Shown: piece after piece, positions 40,472 through 50,074 of the stretch
How the letters are laid out: every line of letters begins with the position of its first letter
How positions within the stretch are numbered: the first letter of the stretch is position 1
Source of the DNA: Dehalococcoidia bacterium
Lineage (GTDB): Bacteria; Chloroflexota; Dehalococcoidia; UBA2979
Direction: 5' to 3'
Assembly (NCBI GenBank): GCA_041390625.1
Contig: JAWKPM010000010.1
Coordinates: forward strand, 42,514-106,513
Length of the DNA stretch: 64,000 nt
Translations under genes and position numbers: made by a program
Notes under the pieces: model-generated
What the model was told of the DNA's origin: nothing
Seen by the model: only the letters and a program-made list of their open reading frames with translations
Database searches by the model: none

Positions 40472-41386
40472 CTAGGTCGAGCCGCGGAGTCGCGGGTCGA
40501 GCACGTCGCGCAAGGCGTCGCCGAACATGTTCACGCCGAACACGACGACCCCCAGGGCAATCGTGGGTGCGATGAGCATCCACGGCGCAGCGAACATGTA
40601 GGCGCGACCGTCGGACGCGAGCATGCCACCCCACGACGGCGTGGGAGGCGGAACGCCGTAGCCGAGGAAGCTGAGCGACGCCTCGGCAAGGATCACGCCG
40701 CCGAAGCCGATCGAGGCGATAACGATGACCGTCGGCATGATGTTGGGCAGCACGTGCCGCGCCATGATGCGGAGGTCTCGCGCGCCGATCGCGTGCGCGG
40801 CATCGATGTAGGTCTCGTTGAGAATCGAGAGCGTCGCGCCTCGCATGATCCGGCTCTCGACGATCGCGCGTCGGAAGGAGAGAGCGAGGATCACGTTCAG
40901 GAGGCTCGGGCCGAGGATGACCATGATGGCGATCAGGAGGATGAGGTACGGCACGGACTGGATGGTGTCGACGAGCCGCTGGAGCAGGTAGTCGACCCAG
41001 CCGCCGAAGTAGGCGCTGACGATGCCCAGCGCGAGGGCGGGCAACATCGCTGCGAGCGTGACCGATACCCCGACGTACAACGAGGTCCGCGCGCCAAACA
41101 CGATGCGGCTGAAGACGTCGCGACCGAACTGGTCGGTGCCGGCGATGTGGGTGAACGACGGCCCCTCGAGCGCGATCGACTGGTTCGTCTCCAGCGACCC
41201 GAATGGGGCGACGAACTCGGCGAAGACGGCCATCAAGACCAGCAGCACCAGCACGACGGCGCCGAATGCACCCAGGGGCTTGTGCCTCGCGAAGGAGCGT
41301 GCGTAGTCGAGCCAGCGCAGGACCGCGGAACGTTCGCGGATCTGCAGTGAGGAGGCGGTGACCCCGGGCGCGCTCTCGCTGACCAT
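40472..41386 (-). CDS. Peptide-type ABC transporter permease (DppC-like)
   Basis: 304 aa. BPD-transporter motifs. Confidence 0.85.
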   Translation of the reverse strand: MVSESAPGVTASSLQIRERSAVLRWLDYARSFARHKPLGAFGAVVLVLLVLMAVFAEFVAPFGSLETNQSIALEGPSFTHIAGTDQFGRDVFSRIVFGARTSLYVGVSVTLAAMLPALALGIVSAYFGGWVDYLLQRLVDTIQSVPYLILLIAIMVILGPSLLNVILALSFRRAIVESRIMRGATLSILNETYIDAAHAIGARDLRIMARHVLPNIMPTVIVIASIGFGGVILAEASLSFLGYGVPPPTPSWGGMLASDGRAYMFAAPWMLIAPTIALGVVVFGVNMFGDALRDVLDPRLRGST

Positions 41387-41409
41387 CTCGTTGTTCCTCC
41401 CGGTGGCCG

Positions 41410-42360
41410 CTAGCTGTATCGAATGCGGGGGTCGAGCCAGGCGTATGAGACGTCGATGACGAGGTTGGTGAACATCACGAAGAGCCCGATGATCACGACC
41501 ACGCCCTGAACGACTGGGTAGTCACGGTTGCCGATCGCGCTGATGAGCAGGCGTCCGACACCCGGGATGGCGAACACGCTCTCGATGATGACGGACCCGC
41601 CAATCAGGAAGGCGATCTGCAAGCCGAGCAGCGTGACGACCGGGATGAGCGCGTTCTTCAACGCGTGCTTGAGGATCACGGGGAACTGACCGAGGCCCTT
41701 GGCGTGGGCCGTGCGGATGTAGTCCTGGCGCAGCACCTCGAGCATCGTGGTGCGGGTCAGGCGCATGAGCGTCGCTGCCAGGCCGATCGCGAGCACGAGG
41801 GCGGGCAGGATCACAATCTTCAGGTGGGCCACTGGATCCTCGGTGATGCCCACGTAGCGCAGGCTGGGCGAGACGCCCCACCACAGCGCTGGGAAGACCA
41901 CCACGCCCGTCGCAATGGCGAAGCTGGGGACGCTGATCCCGAGGATCGCCGTGCTGCGGAGCGCGTAGTCGAGGAACGAGTCCTGTCTGAGCGCCGATAT
42001 CGCTCCGATCGCGACACCGATGGTCGACCCTACAAGGATGGAGATGATCCCGATCTCGATGGTGGCCCAAGCGCGCCCGACGATGAGCGAGCCGACCGAC
42101 GTGCCAGTCCAGAGCGAGTTGCCGAAGTCGCCCTTCAGGACGCCCCCGACGTAGTTGATGTATCGGATGGGCAGCGGCTTATCGAGGCCGAGCTCGTGCT
42201 CAAGGACGATGCGGCTTTCGGGGTCGTTGCCCAGCTTCTCCTCGAGCATGATGTCGATGATGTCGCCCGGAATCATCTCGATCATGACGACGACGAGCAG
42301 GAGCAACAGCAGGATCGCGGGGACCAGCCCGATGACGCGTCGGATGATGTATTTCGTCAT
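41410..42360 (-). CDS. Peptide-type ABC transporter permease (DppB-like)
   Basis: MTKYIIRRVIG... N-terminus. 316 aa. Confidence 0.85.
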   Translation of the reverse strand: MTKYIIRRVIGLVPAILLLLLLVVVMIEMIPGDIIDIMLEEKLGNDPESRIVLEHELGLDKPLPIRYINYVGGVLKGDFGNSLWTGTSVGSLIVGRAWATIEIGIISILVGSTIGVAIGAISALRQDSFLDYALRSTAILGISVPSFAIATGVVVFPALWWGVSPSLRYVGITEDPVAHLKIVILPALVLAIGLAATLMRLTRTTMLEVLRQDYIRTAHAKGLGQFPVILKHALKNALIPVVTLLGLQIAFLIGGSVIIESVFAIPGVGRLLISAIGNRDYPVVQGVVVIIGLFVMFTNLVIDVSYAWLDPRIRYS

Positions 42361-42658
42361 GCTCGACCGCCTCCGCGCGTGCCGACCACCCTCGATCAGG
42401 GGGTCCGGGTGAGCGGATGCTAGGCATCACGCCGTTGATTGACAAATCACGATTGTTCCACTTCGACGCGATTTCATCGCACGTGTATTCCCCGTCATTA
42501 TACTCGCGCATTTATGACTAGCTCTTGTGATGCAATGCACTACTAGCGTGTTTGCCAGTGCCTTCGGCCGGGCGTATAACCCCCTCTGAAACACGGACGG
42601 CGACAGTCCGCCGAGTAGCGGATCGGCGTCGATCCAGAGGGTCCTGGGAGGGGCAGTC

Positions 42659-44488
42659 ATGGCTGGAGACAACTACTGGACAAGACGCTCGTTCTCACGT
42701 CGCGGTGTCCTGCGGGGCGCGGGCGTGGGCCTGGCGGGCCTGGCCGGTGCTGCGCTCATCGGCTGCGGTAGCGATGACGATGGCGGCTCGGACGGCGGCA
42801 GCAGCGGCGGCGGCGCGACGGCGACGCAGGCGGCTTCATCCGGTGGTGGGGCGAGCGGGAACGGCATCCCCGCGAACGTGACGCGAGCGCCGGGGCTCGA
42901 CCCGAACCAGGGCGAGGCGCCGATCAACGAGTCGAAGGTCGTGCAGGGCGGGACCTTCCGCCGGGCCGAGACGACGACGACCAGCCAGCAGGACCCGGAC
43001 GTCTCGATCGCGGGATCCGACCACGAGTTCATCAACGACCGGCTGGTCTATGCCAACGGGTGGACGCAGGAGCTGACGCCGGACCTCCTCGAGTCGTACG
43101 AGGTCACCGACCCGGACGGCCTCGAAATCGTCTTCAAGCTGCGCCCGGGCATCAAGACGCACGACCGGGAGCCCGTGAACGGCCGCGACTTCACGGCTGA
43201 AGACGTGGCGTACAGCATCAACCGCAAGGTCGGGAACATCGACCCGGAGGCGGCGCAGAAGTACGCGCGTGCGGCACAGCTCGTCGGCCTCGACCACGCC
43301 GAGGCAGTCGACGACCTGACGGTCAAGCTCGTGCTCAACGCGCCGAACGGCTCGATCATGCCGGCGTTCGCGGACCCGCGTTCGCAGATGATCCCGCGCG
43401 AGCAAGATGACATCGGGTACACGGACCCGCTGAAGTTCGTCGGCACCGGTGCATGGATCGAGACCGAGTTCGTCGAGGGCACGCGCCAGGTCTACAAGGC
43501 GCACCCGAACTACTACCGCCAATGGGACGAGGGCGGCCGGCCCGGCATCGACACGTTCGAGATCCTGATCATCGCGGACCGCGCCTCGCAGCTCGCCGCG
43601 TTCACGACGGGCGACACGAGCTTCTTCTCGGGCATCCGCCCGGAGGAAGAGGCTCAGCTCGAGGCGACCGTGAAGGACGCCCTGTGGTACCGCCAGCCGG
43701 GACCCACCTGGGACCACTTCGCGATGAACCTCAACCTGCCGATCTTCGCCGATGACCGCGTCCGGCAGGCGCTGCAGCTCTCGACCGACTTCCCGTCCCT
43801 GGCCGACCCGCTGGGCGCCGGGTGGCTCTACAGCGGTCCGCTGCACGCGCTGTTCCCCGAGGCGCTGTCCTCCGACGAGATCAAGGCGATGCCCGGCTAC
43901 AACCCGGACACCAAGGAAGCCGACATCGCGGAGGCCGTGCGGCTCATGGACGCCGCCGGCTACCACGATGGCGAGGGCCTCAGCTGGGAGAACATCAACT
44001 TCGGCACGAACGGCGGCGACACCGCCATCCGGCAGAAGGACCAGTGGGGCAAGATCTGGCCGCAGATGGACATGAAGCTCCAGGCCATCGCCGACTACGG
44101 CTCGTTCACGAACCTGCTGAACTCCCGTGAGTTCGAGGCTCGTACGTACAACCACACGATGGTGCCGGACGCCGCCATCGACGGCCGGACGTACTACTAC
44201 TCGAGCGGCAGCCGGAACTACCAAGGGTTCAACAAGCCGTGGGCAGACGAGGCGCTGGACAAGATGCTGGCGGCTCAGACCACCGAAGAGCGGAAGGACA
44301 TCATCCGGCCGTTCCAGCTGCAGTACATCCAGGAAGGGCCGCCGCTGCTGCAGCTGCGCGTCCCGCCGGACAAGGTCGTCGCGCACGCGAACTACGGCGG
44401 CCTGGACCTGATGACGGGCGCCTGGACGTACGGCCTCTCGGGCGCGTACGGCGTGGGCCCGCGCTGGTTCTGGCAGACGGAGGCTTAG
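42659..44488 (+). CDS. ABC transporter substrate-binding lipoprotein (SBP family 5) with Tat-type signal
   Basis: RRSFSRRGVLRGAGVGLAGLAGAALIGC (twin-Arg plus lipobox). 609 aa. Divergent from the permease genes. Confidence 0.85.
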   Translation: MAGDNYWTRRSFSRRGVLRGAGVGLAGLAGAALIGCGSDDDGGSDGGSSGGGATATQAASSGGGASGNGIPANVTRAPGLDPNQGEAPINESKVVQGGTFRRAETTTTSQQDPDVSIAGSDHEFINDRLVYANGWTQELTPDLLESYEVTDPDGLEIVFKLRPGIKTHDREPVNGRDFTAEDVAYSINRKVGNIDPEAAQKYARAAQLVGLDHAEAVDDLTVKLVLNAPNGSIMPAFADPRSQMIPREQDDIGYTDPLKFVGTGAWIETEFVEGTRQVYKAHPNYYRQWDEGGRPGIDTFEILIIADRASQLAAFTTGDTSFFSGIRPEEEAQLEATVKDALWYRQPGPTWDHFAMNLNLPIFADDRVRQALQLSTDFPSLADPLGAGWLYSGPLHALFPEALSSDEIKAMPGYNPDTKEADIAEAVRLMDAAGYHDGEGLSWENINFGTNGGDTAIRQKDQWGKIWPQMDMKLQAIADYGSFTNLLNSREFEARTYNHTMVPDAAIDGRTYYYSSGSRNYQGFNKPWADEALDKMLAAQTTEERKDIIRPFQLQYIQEGPPLLQLRVPPDKVVAHANYGGLDLMTGAWTYGLSGAYGVGPRWFWQTEA

Positions 44489-44578
44489 CGCCGACCGGAC
44501 CAGCAACCAACGGGCGAGAGATGTCGAGGCGGCCTGCGGGCCGCCTCGATGCTTGTCTTTCGCGTCTCGAGCCGTGAC

Positions 44579-45601
44579 CTAGTGTGGCAGGTCGTTGGTG
44601 AAGTCGTGGTACATCATGACGCCGAAGCCGCCGCCCATGCCCCACGTGCCGCCTCGATAGGCGGTGATGCTGAGGCTGTGCGTCTCGGAGGTCATGCGGC
44701 TGTCGCCGGTGAAGCGGACGTAGCCGGTGAAGACGTGAGCCTTGTCTACGGTGGCGTGCAGCACGCGCGCCTGCGGTAGGTTGACGGTGTAGTCCCACTG
44801 TCCGACGCCGCCGCCGGCCCACTCCGCGAACTGCGGGAAGTTGGCGTCGGCCGCGTCGATGCTCTCCTGCGTCGCATCGGTGACGGCGAGGCGGGTCGTG
44901 ACGCCCTCGATCTTGTAGCCGGCCATCGGATCGCCGCCGCGAGCTGAGCCCGCGTTGAGCCTCGGGTTGCCGAGGCCGGCGCTGGCTCGGCGCCCAGGGA
45001 TCTGCGTCGAGTTGAGGACCGACTGGTCGCGCAGGGTGTAGCCGAGCATCCAGTCGTGACCTCGACGGGCGGCGGCCTGCTCGACGTCCGGGTAGCGGAC
45101 GTGCAGGGCCTCGCGGGGTGTGAAGATGGTGGACATCATCTGGACGCCCCAGCGGCCGTCGTTGTTCGTGACGGCGTAGATGCCCTCACAGCGCAGGATC
45201 TTGTGCCCGCCCTCGCCGAAGCGGCTGTAGGTCATTGCGAGGCCCGCGCCGACCGGGTTGTAGACGAGCACCTCGATGGAGTCGAGGAGGTCGTAGGCGC
45301 CCGGCTGGATGTGGCTCGCGCCTTCGCCCGAGACGTTGAGGGACTTCGGCGGCGACGCGAGGAACTGTTCGCGCGTCTCGATGACGTCGGCCTCGGTGCC
45401 CTCGTACGTGGCGAAGGGGTAGTGCATGAGGTCGGCGAGCGCCTCGAGGTCGCGCGTGGCGATGGCGGCGAAGAGCTCGGACATGACGCGCAGGCCGTTC
45501 GGCACGGAGTCGCGGTAGAAGACGGGGAAGCGCGCGTCCGGCTGGCCAAGGGGGTGAATGCCCTCGGGCTTCTCGGGGTCGAGCTGCTGCGCGTTGGTCA
45601 C
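44579..45601 (-). CDS. Hypothetical protein (340 aa), unknown family
   Basis: ORF with host-like GC3. No motif recognised. Confidence 0.5.
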   Translation of the reverse strand: MTNAQQLDPEKPEGIHPLGQPDARFPVFYRDSVPNGLRVMSELFAAIATRDLEALADLMHYPFATYEGTEADVIETREQFLASPPKSLNVSGEGASHIQPGAYDLLDSIEVLVYNPVGAGLAMTYSRFGEGGHKILRCEGIYAVTNNDGRWGVQMMSTIFTPREALHVRYPDVEQAAARRGHDWMLGYTLRDQSVLNSTQIPGRRASAGLGNPRLNAGSARGGDPMAGYKIEGVTTRLAVTDATQESIDAADANFPQFAEWAGGGVGQWDYTVNLPQARVLHATVDKAHVFTGYVRFTGDSRMTSETHSLSITAYRGGTWGMGGGFGVMMYHDFTNDLPH

Positions 45602-45658
45602 GACTCGTTCCTCTCGATTCGCCGCTCGATGCGCCTCTCGGAGCGCGCCCGGCGGCGG

Positions 45659-46036
45659 CTACTCGGAATCGGGGCCCGGCGCCTCGAAGACGGTCTGTCC
45701 GGCACCGACACGCATGAGGACGATGAGTTGATCCTCGTCTCCGGGGTTGCTCTCGCGGTGGACGGTGTGCGGCGGCACGACGAAGAAGTCGCCCGGCCCA
45801 CCCTCGATGGTCTGCTCGCCGTTCGGGCCGAACTCGAGACGGGCGTGGCCTTCGAGGATGCGACCGTACGTGGTGTGCTCACCGTGGTGGTGCCAGCCGG
45901 AGACGGTGCCGGGCGCGGTGCGCACCTCGCCCATCCAGAGGTCGTCCTGGGCCAGGGCCTGGCGGCGCTCCATGCCCGGCGTCGGCGGGCCGGCGGCGAG
46001 GTCGCTGTTCGGGATGATGCGGGGCTCGTCAGTCAT
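45659..46036 (-). CDS. Cupin domain protein
   Basis: ATG at 46036, 7 nt after GAGGAGG. G.HHHGEH...PGDFFVVPPHTVH cupin motifs. Confidence 0.75.
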   Translation of the reverse strand: MTDEPRIIPNSDLAAGPPTPGMERRQALAQDDLWMGEVRTAPGTVSGWHHHGEHTTYGRILEGHARLEFGPNGEQTIEGGPGDFFVVPPHTVHRESNPGDEDQLIVLMRVGAGQTVFEAPGPDSE

Positions 46037-46118
46037 CAGCGGTCCTCCTCGGATTCGCTGGGGACCATAGACGCACGTCCCCCTCGGTGCCAGCCCCGGC
46101 GCGGTGCGCCTTCGCGGG

Positions 46119-46841
46119 CTAGGCGCCGAGCTGGCGGGCGAGGTCGACGAGGTCGGTCGCCGTGACATCGAAGGTGACGCCCTCGGCGGGCGGACGGTGG
46201 CGCGCCGGGTCGCCGTACTCGAGCGGCCGCGGGATGTAGGCGGTGCGCATCCCGGCGGCGTTGCGCGCGGCCTCGAGGTCGCCGGGGTGCGCGGCGACCA
46301 TCATGCACTGCTCGCCCGGCAGCCCGAGGAGCCCGCAGGCGCGGCGGTAGCACTCGGGCTCGGGCTTGTAGTGGCCAGTCACTTCCGCGCCGAGCACGAG
46401 GTCCCAGGGCAGGCCGGCGCGCTTCGCCATGTTCACCATCAGCGCGATGTTGCCGTTCGACTGGGTCGCGAGGATGTAGTGCGCCTTGAGCCTCGTGAGG
46501 CCTTCCACGGCGTCGGGCCACGGGTCGAGGCGGTGCCAGGCGAGGGTGAGCTCGTCGAGGTCGGAGGCCGTCAGGCCCTCGATGCCAAGCTCCGCGACGA
46601 CGCGCTCGATGCTCTCGCGATGCAGCACGTCGAGGTTCGCGAAGGGGCGTTCGCCGCTGCGGACCGCCTGCATCGATGGCTGGTAGAGCGCGCGCCAGCG
46701 GTCGGCGACCTCGGCCCAGTCCACGCCCTCGATGCCGCGCCGCTCCGCGAGCGACCGGCCCTCGCGATCGACGCCGGAGCGCCAGTCGACCACGGTGCCG
46801 AAGACGTCGAAGAGCAGCGCGCGGATCGGGGCGTCGGGCAT
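46119..46841 (-). CDS. HAD-superfamily hydrolase, haloacid dehalogenase type II-like
   Basis: ALLFDVFGTVVDW (DxxGT motif I), S/T motif II and K...D motif III. Confidence 0.75.
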   Translation of the reverse strand: MPDAPIRALLFDVFGTVVDWRSGVDREGRSLAERRGIEGVDWAEVADRWRALYQPSMQAVRSGERPFANLDVLHRESIERVVAELGIEGLTASDLDELTLAWHRLDPWPDAVEGLTRLKAHYILATQSNGNIALMVNMAKRAGLPWDLVLGAEVTGHYKPEPECYRRACGLLGLPGEQCMMVAAHPGDLEAARNAAGMRTAYIPRPLEYGDPARHRPPAEGVTFDVTATDLVDLARQLGA

Positions 46842-46997
46842 CGGTTGGCTCCGTTCGAGGAGACAGGGGCTCGCATGGTAGCGCGAAGAGTCGAGCCCGC
46901 CGGGGCTCGAGGTACGCCCCGAAGTCATGACTCGTGCGGCGTCGTTCGGCGTCAGGACGTCTCGTATAAGGACCCGGCAACACGAATGGATTGAGCA

Positions 46998-48311
46998 ATG
47001 AGTGACGTAGCAGTCCCAAACGAGCTGGCGATGCGTCCGGGGGTTCGCCGCGTACAGACGTTCCTCAGCTGGCTGCGGGGAGACCACCCCACTGAGGACG
47101 AAGTTGCCGAGCAGTTCGCGCCCAGTGGCTTCGTCAGCGACACGCCGGCAGCGACACTCCAGAGGCTGGGGCGGTTGCGCGAGCAGCTTGGCGAGTTCGA
47201 GGTCGCCGCGTGGGAGGAGCCCCTCCCCGGGCTCATTGATCTCGAACTCGAGTCGAGCAACGGCCGAACCTCGAGATTGGCCGCGCGCCTGGCGCGGGAC
47301 ACGGACGAGCGGATCATGCGGACCACCTTCCTGCCGAAGCCCCCGGGGTTCATCGTCCGAGCGCCCCGGGAAGACGAGGTCGCCCAGCTCGCCGCCATCG
47401 ACGCCGAAACGCCGATTCTCGTGGGCGAGGTGGCGATCGTGTACGAGCGGGACCCCTCCGACTACTTCGCAGACGAGCGCCTCATGGGCGACGGCGCCGA
47501 CTTCGGCGTGATGGAGCAAGATGGCCGCGTTGTCGGTGTGTGCTGCCTCGCCACTCGAGACGTGATGATCGGCGGGGTTCGCCGGCGTGCCGCGGCCTAT
47601 ACCCGAGCCCGGGTGGCGCCAGCCGTACAAGGCGGCGGTGCGCGCGGGCACATGCAGTTCTTCGGATTCTTCAACGAAACGCGCCGGGAGTGCGACTTCT
47701 CCTACGCCATCATCGCGATGGGGAACGAGGCGATGCTCAGAGCGGGCACCCGCACCGGAACGGATGGCGTCCCGCAGCGAGCGGTGCTCGACACGTCGAC
47801 GGGCGCGGCTTCAAGCATGGGACGCTCGGGGACTGCACAGGACGGCGCGCACATCGCCCGGCTGCTGAACGCAGCGCACGAGGGCGAGGAGTTCTTCCTG
47901 CCCTACACGGCCCAGAGCCTCGAGGCCCGGTTGAGCATGGCGCCAGACCTCTACTCGTGGTCGAGCTTCCGAGTGAGCGACCGTGCCGTCATCGGCGTAC
48001 GGCCGCACACCTTCCGCGTCCACCGCCGCGAGGGCGACGGACCGGAGAGCCTGGACACGCGTGCGCTGTGCCTCGACTACGGCTTCGAACCGGACGCCGA
48101 GGCGGAGTTCGAGGAACTCCTGCGCGGTGTCCTCCACGAGCTCGCCGAGAACGGCGACACCGACCTCAGCCTGTTCACCTCGGAGCCCTCGCGAGGCTAC
48201 GAGCTCGTCTCGGGCATGGCGAAGCGGATGGAACCGTATCTGGTGCAGCTGCCGCGGCGGGACGGCGACTCGGGACCGCGTAGCGTGTATGTGGACCAGA
48301 TCTACTTCTAG
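46998..48311 (+). CDS. Hypothetical protein (437 aa), possibly GNAT-fold
   Basis: The central region is GNAT-like, but no firm motif. The assignment is tentative. Confidence 0.45.
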   Translation: MSDVAVPNELAMRPGVRRVQTFLSWLRGDHPTEDEVAEQFAPSGFVSDTPAATLQRLGRLREQLGEFEVAAWEEPLPGLIDLELESSNGRTSRLAARLARDTDERIMRTTFLPKPPGFIVRAPREDEVAQLAAIDAETPILVGEVAIVYERDPSDYFADERLMGDGADFGVMEQDGRVVGVCCLATRDVMIGGVRRRAAAYTRARVAPAVQGGGARGHMQFFGFFNETRRECDFSYAIIAMGNEAMLRAGTRTGTDGVPQRAVLDTSTGAASSMGRSGTAQDGAHIARLLNAAHEGEEFFLPYTAQSLEARLSMAPDLYSWSSFRVSDRAVIGVRPHTFRVHRREGDGPESLDTRALCLDYGFEPDAEAEFEELLRGVLHELAENGDTDLSLFTSEPSRGYELVSGMAKRMEPYLVQLPRRDGDSGPRSVYVDQIYF

Positions 48312-48551
48312 GCGAATCCCGTGTGCCGCCCGTGCGGCTCAGCGACAGGGGGCGCAGCGGCTAGGCGCGGCGGAGGCTGACGACGAGGGTGGAGATGACG
48401 GTCGCCGGGAGGAGCCACTCCGCGAGGGTGACGGCATCGGCGTGGACGAGGAGGGAGCCCAGCACGAGGGCGCCCGTTCCGCCGATCGCAAGCACGACCG
48501 AGTCGCCGACGATGAAGTCGTACCAGAAGCGCCCGAAGGCGAAGACGTACC

Positions 48552-49325
48552 TTATAGCGTCGCCTCCGGGCTGAGCGCCGGCACCGACGTCGCGCCGCGC
48601 TTCAGGTAGGTGATGAGCAGCCACGCGACCGCGGTGTAGAGACCCACCAGCACGAGGATCGTCCAGTCGCCCAGGGTCCATTCGACGCCGATGCCCTCGC
48701 CGCCCCAGAACGTGCCAAACGCAACGAGCATGAGCCCGACGGTGAACTTGATCGTGTTCTCCGGCACGCGCGTGAGCGGCCTGTGCACCACGAGACCCAC
48801 CACGGCGACGAGGGCGAAGGCCAGGGCCGCACCGAGCGCGCTCCAGCCGAGTGCATTCTCCCGGTTGGCGGCAAACGTGAGGACGATGAAGGCGACCTCT
48901 AGGCCCTCGAGGAAGACGCCTTTGAAGGCGACGACGAAGCCCGTCCAGTCGATGTCGGTCGTCGACGGAGTAGCCGCGGAGCCTCGAAGCAGCGCGACCT
49001 CCTCCTCGAAGATCGCCGCCTCGTCGTGCTTCGCCTTCACGCCGGCAGCGCGCATGATCGCCTTGCGGAGCCACTGCAGGCCGAAGACGAGCAGTAGCAC
49101 CCCGATCAGGGTCTGCAGGCCTTCGATCGGGATGACCTGCACGAGCGCGGGGCCGAGGGCCAGCACGACCACCGTGAGCGCGACCGACGCCAGTGCCGTC
49201 CCGAGGAAGGCAGTGCGCCAGCCGTTGGTGAGGGCAACAGCGAGGACGATGGTCAGCGCCTCGACGGCCTCGACGGCGGAGGCGAGGAAGACCGCGACGA
49301 CGACCAGGGCGATCTCGTGGCTCAT
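48552..49325 (-). CDS. Membrane protein with two internally repeated ExxE-containing halves (possible cation transporter)
   Basis: ATGA overlap with the upstream ChrB-like gene. N-half SAVEAVEALTIV and C-half FLEGLEVAFIV. About 6 TM helices. Confidence 0.55.
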   Translation of the reverse strand: MSHEIALVVVAVFLASAVEAVEALTIVLAVALTNGWRTAFLGTALASVALTVVVLALGPALVQVIPIEGLQTLIGVLLLVFGLQWLRKAIMRAAGVKAKHDEAAIFEEEVALLRGSAATPSTTDIDWTGFVVAFKGVFLEGLEVAFIVLTFAANRENALGWSALGAALAFALVAVVGLVVHRPLTRVPENTIKFTVGLMLVAFGTFWGGEGIGVEWTLGDWTILVLVGLYTAVAWLLITYLKRGATSVPALSPEATL

Positions 49326-49915
49326 GGAGCGGACCTCCGCATCGGCGTGACGCGGCCCTCGACGGGTGCGGGCGCATCGGCGGCGGTGGCGCCCTCGTTC
49401 CCCTCGTACGCGTTCTCGAGGTAGCGCTCCAGACGCGCAGCGGCAGCCTCGACGGCCGCCTCGGCCTCGCTGCGGGCGGCCACGCCACCGAGGTCGCGGC
49501 GAACGACGCGCGCCAGCTGGCGCCTCACCTTGTCGAGCTCCTCCTCGAGGCTCTCGACCTCGGCAAAGCGGTAGTCGCCGTCGTCGTCCTCCTGCGCGAT
49601 GTGGGCGGCCAGCTTGCGGGCGCTCTTGATGACCTGCAGGTACTCCTCGTGGCGGGCCGCGCCGAACGCGTCGTCAACGGTGGCGCGATCGACCTCGGTG
49701 AGCGCGGCGGCACGGAACGAGACGGCGAGACCGCCGCCCTGCGTCACGCGCTCGGTAAGGCGTTCGAGCAGCTCGACGTACTCGGCGCGCTCGGGCAGCG
49801 CGTAGAGGCCACTACCGATGCCGACGGCACCGTGCTGCCTGAGCTCGCGCCAGACGGCGACACGCAAGGCGCTGGGCTGCGACGGCACGCGGTAGGAGAA
49901 GAGCAGCCATTGCAC
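49322..49915 (-). CDS. ChrB N-terminal domain protein (chromate-resistance regulator-like)
   Basis: MQWLLFSYRVPSQPSALRVAVWRELRQHGAV...GLYALP is the ChrB-domain N-terminal signature. Confidence 0.65.
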   Translation of the reverse strand: MQWLLFSYRVPSQPSALRVAVWRELRQHGAVGIGSGLYALPERAEYVELLERLTERVTQGGGLAVSFRAAALTEVDRATVDDAFGAARHEEYLQVIKSARKLAAHIAQEDDDGDYRFAEVESLEEELDKVRRQLARVVRRDLGGVAARSEAEAAVEAAAARLERYLENAYEGNEGATAADAPAPVEGRVTPMRRSAP

Positions 49916-50074
49916 CGGGACACCTCATTCGTAACCGACGCTACTCTAGCACCGTAACCGCCGTTACATCGGTCTCGAATCTCTCCCCAGGTTCAAGTTT
50001 GGTGAAATCTCGCGGCTGGGGCCGCTCGGGGTCCGCGCGTGGATTCGGGTCCTCGCGCGGTCGATACTCGATGC

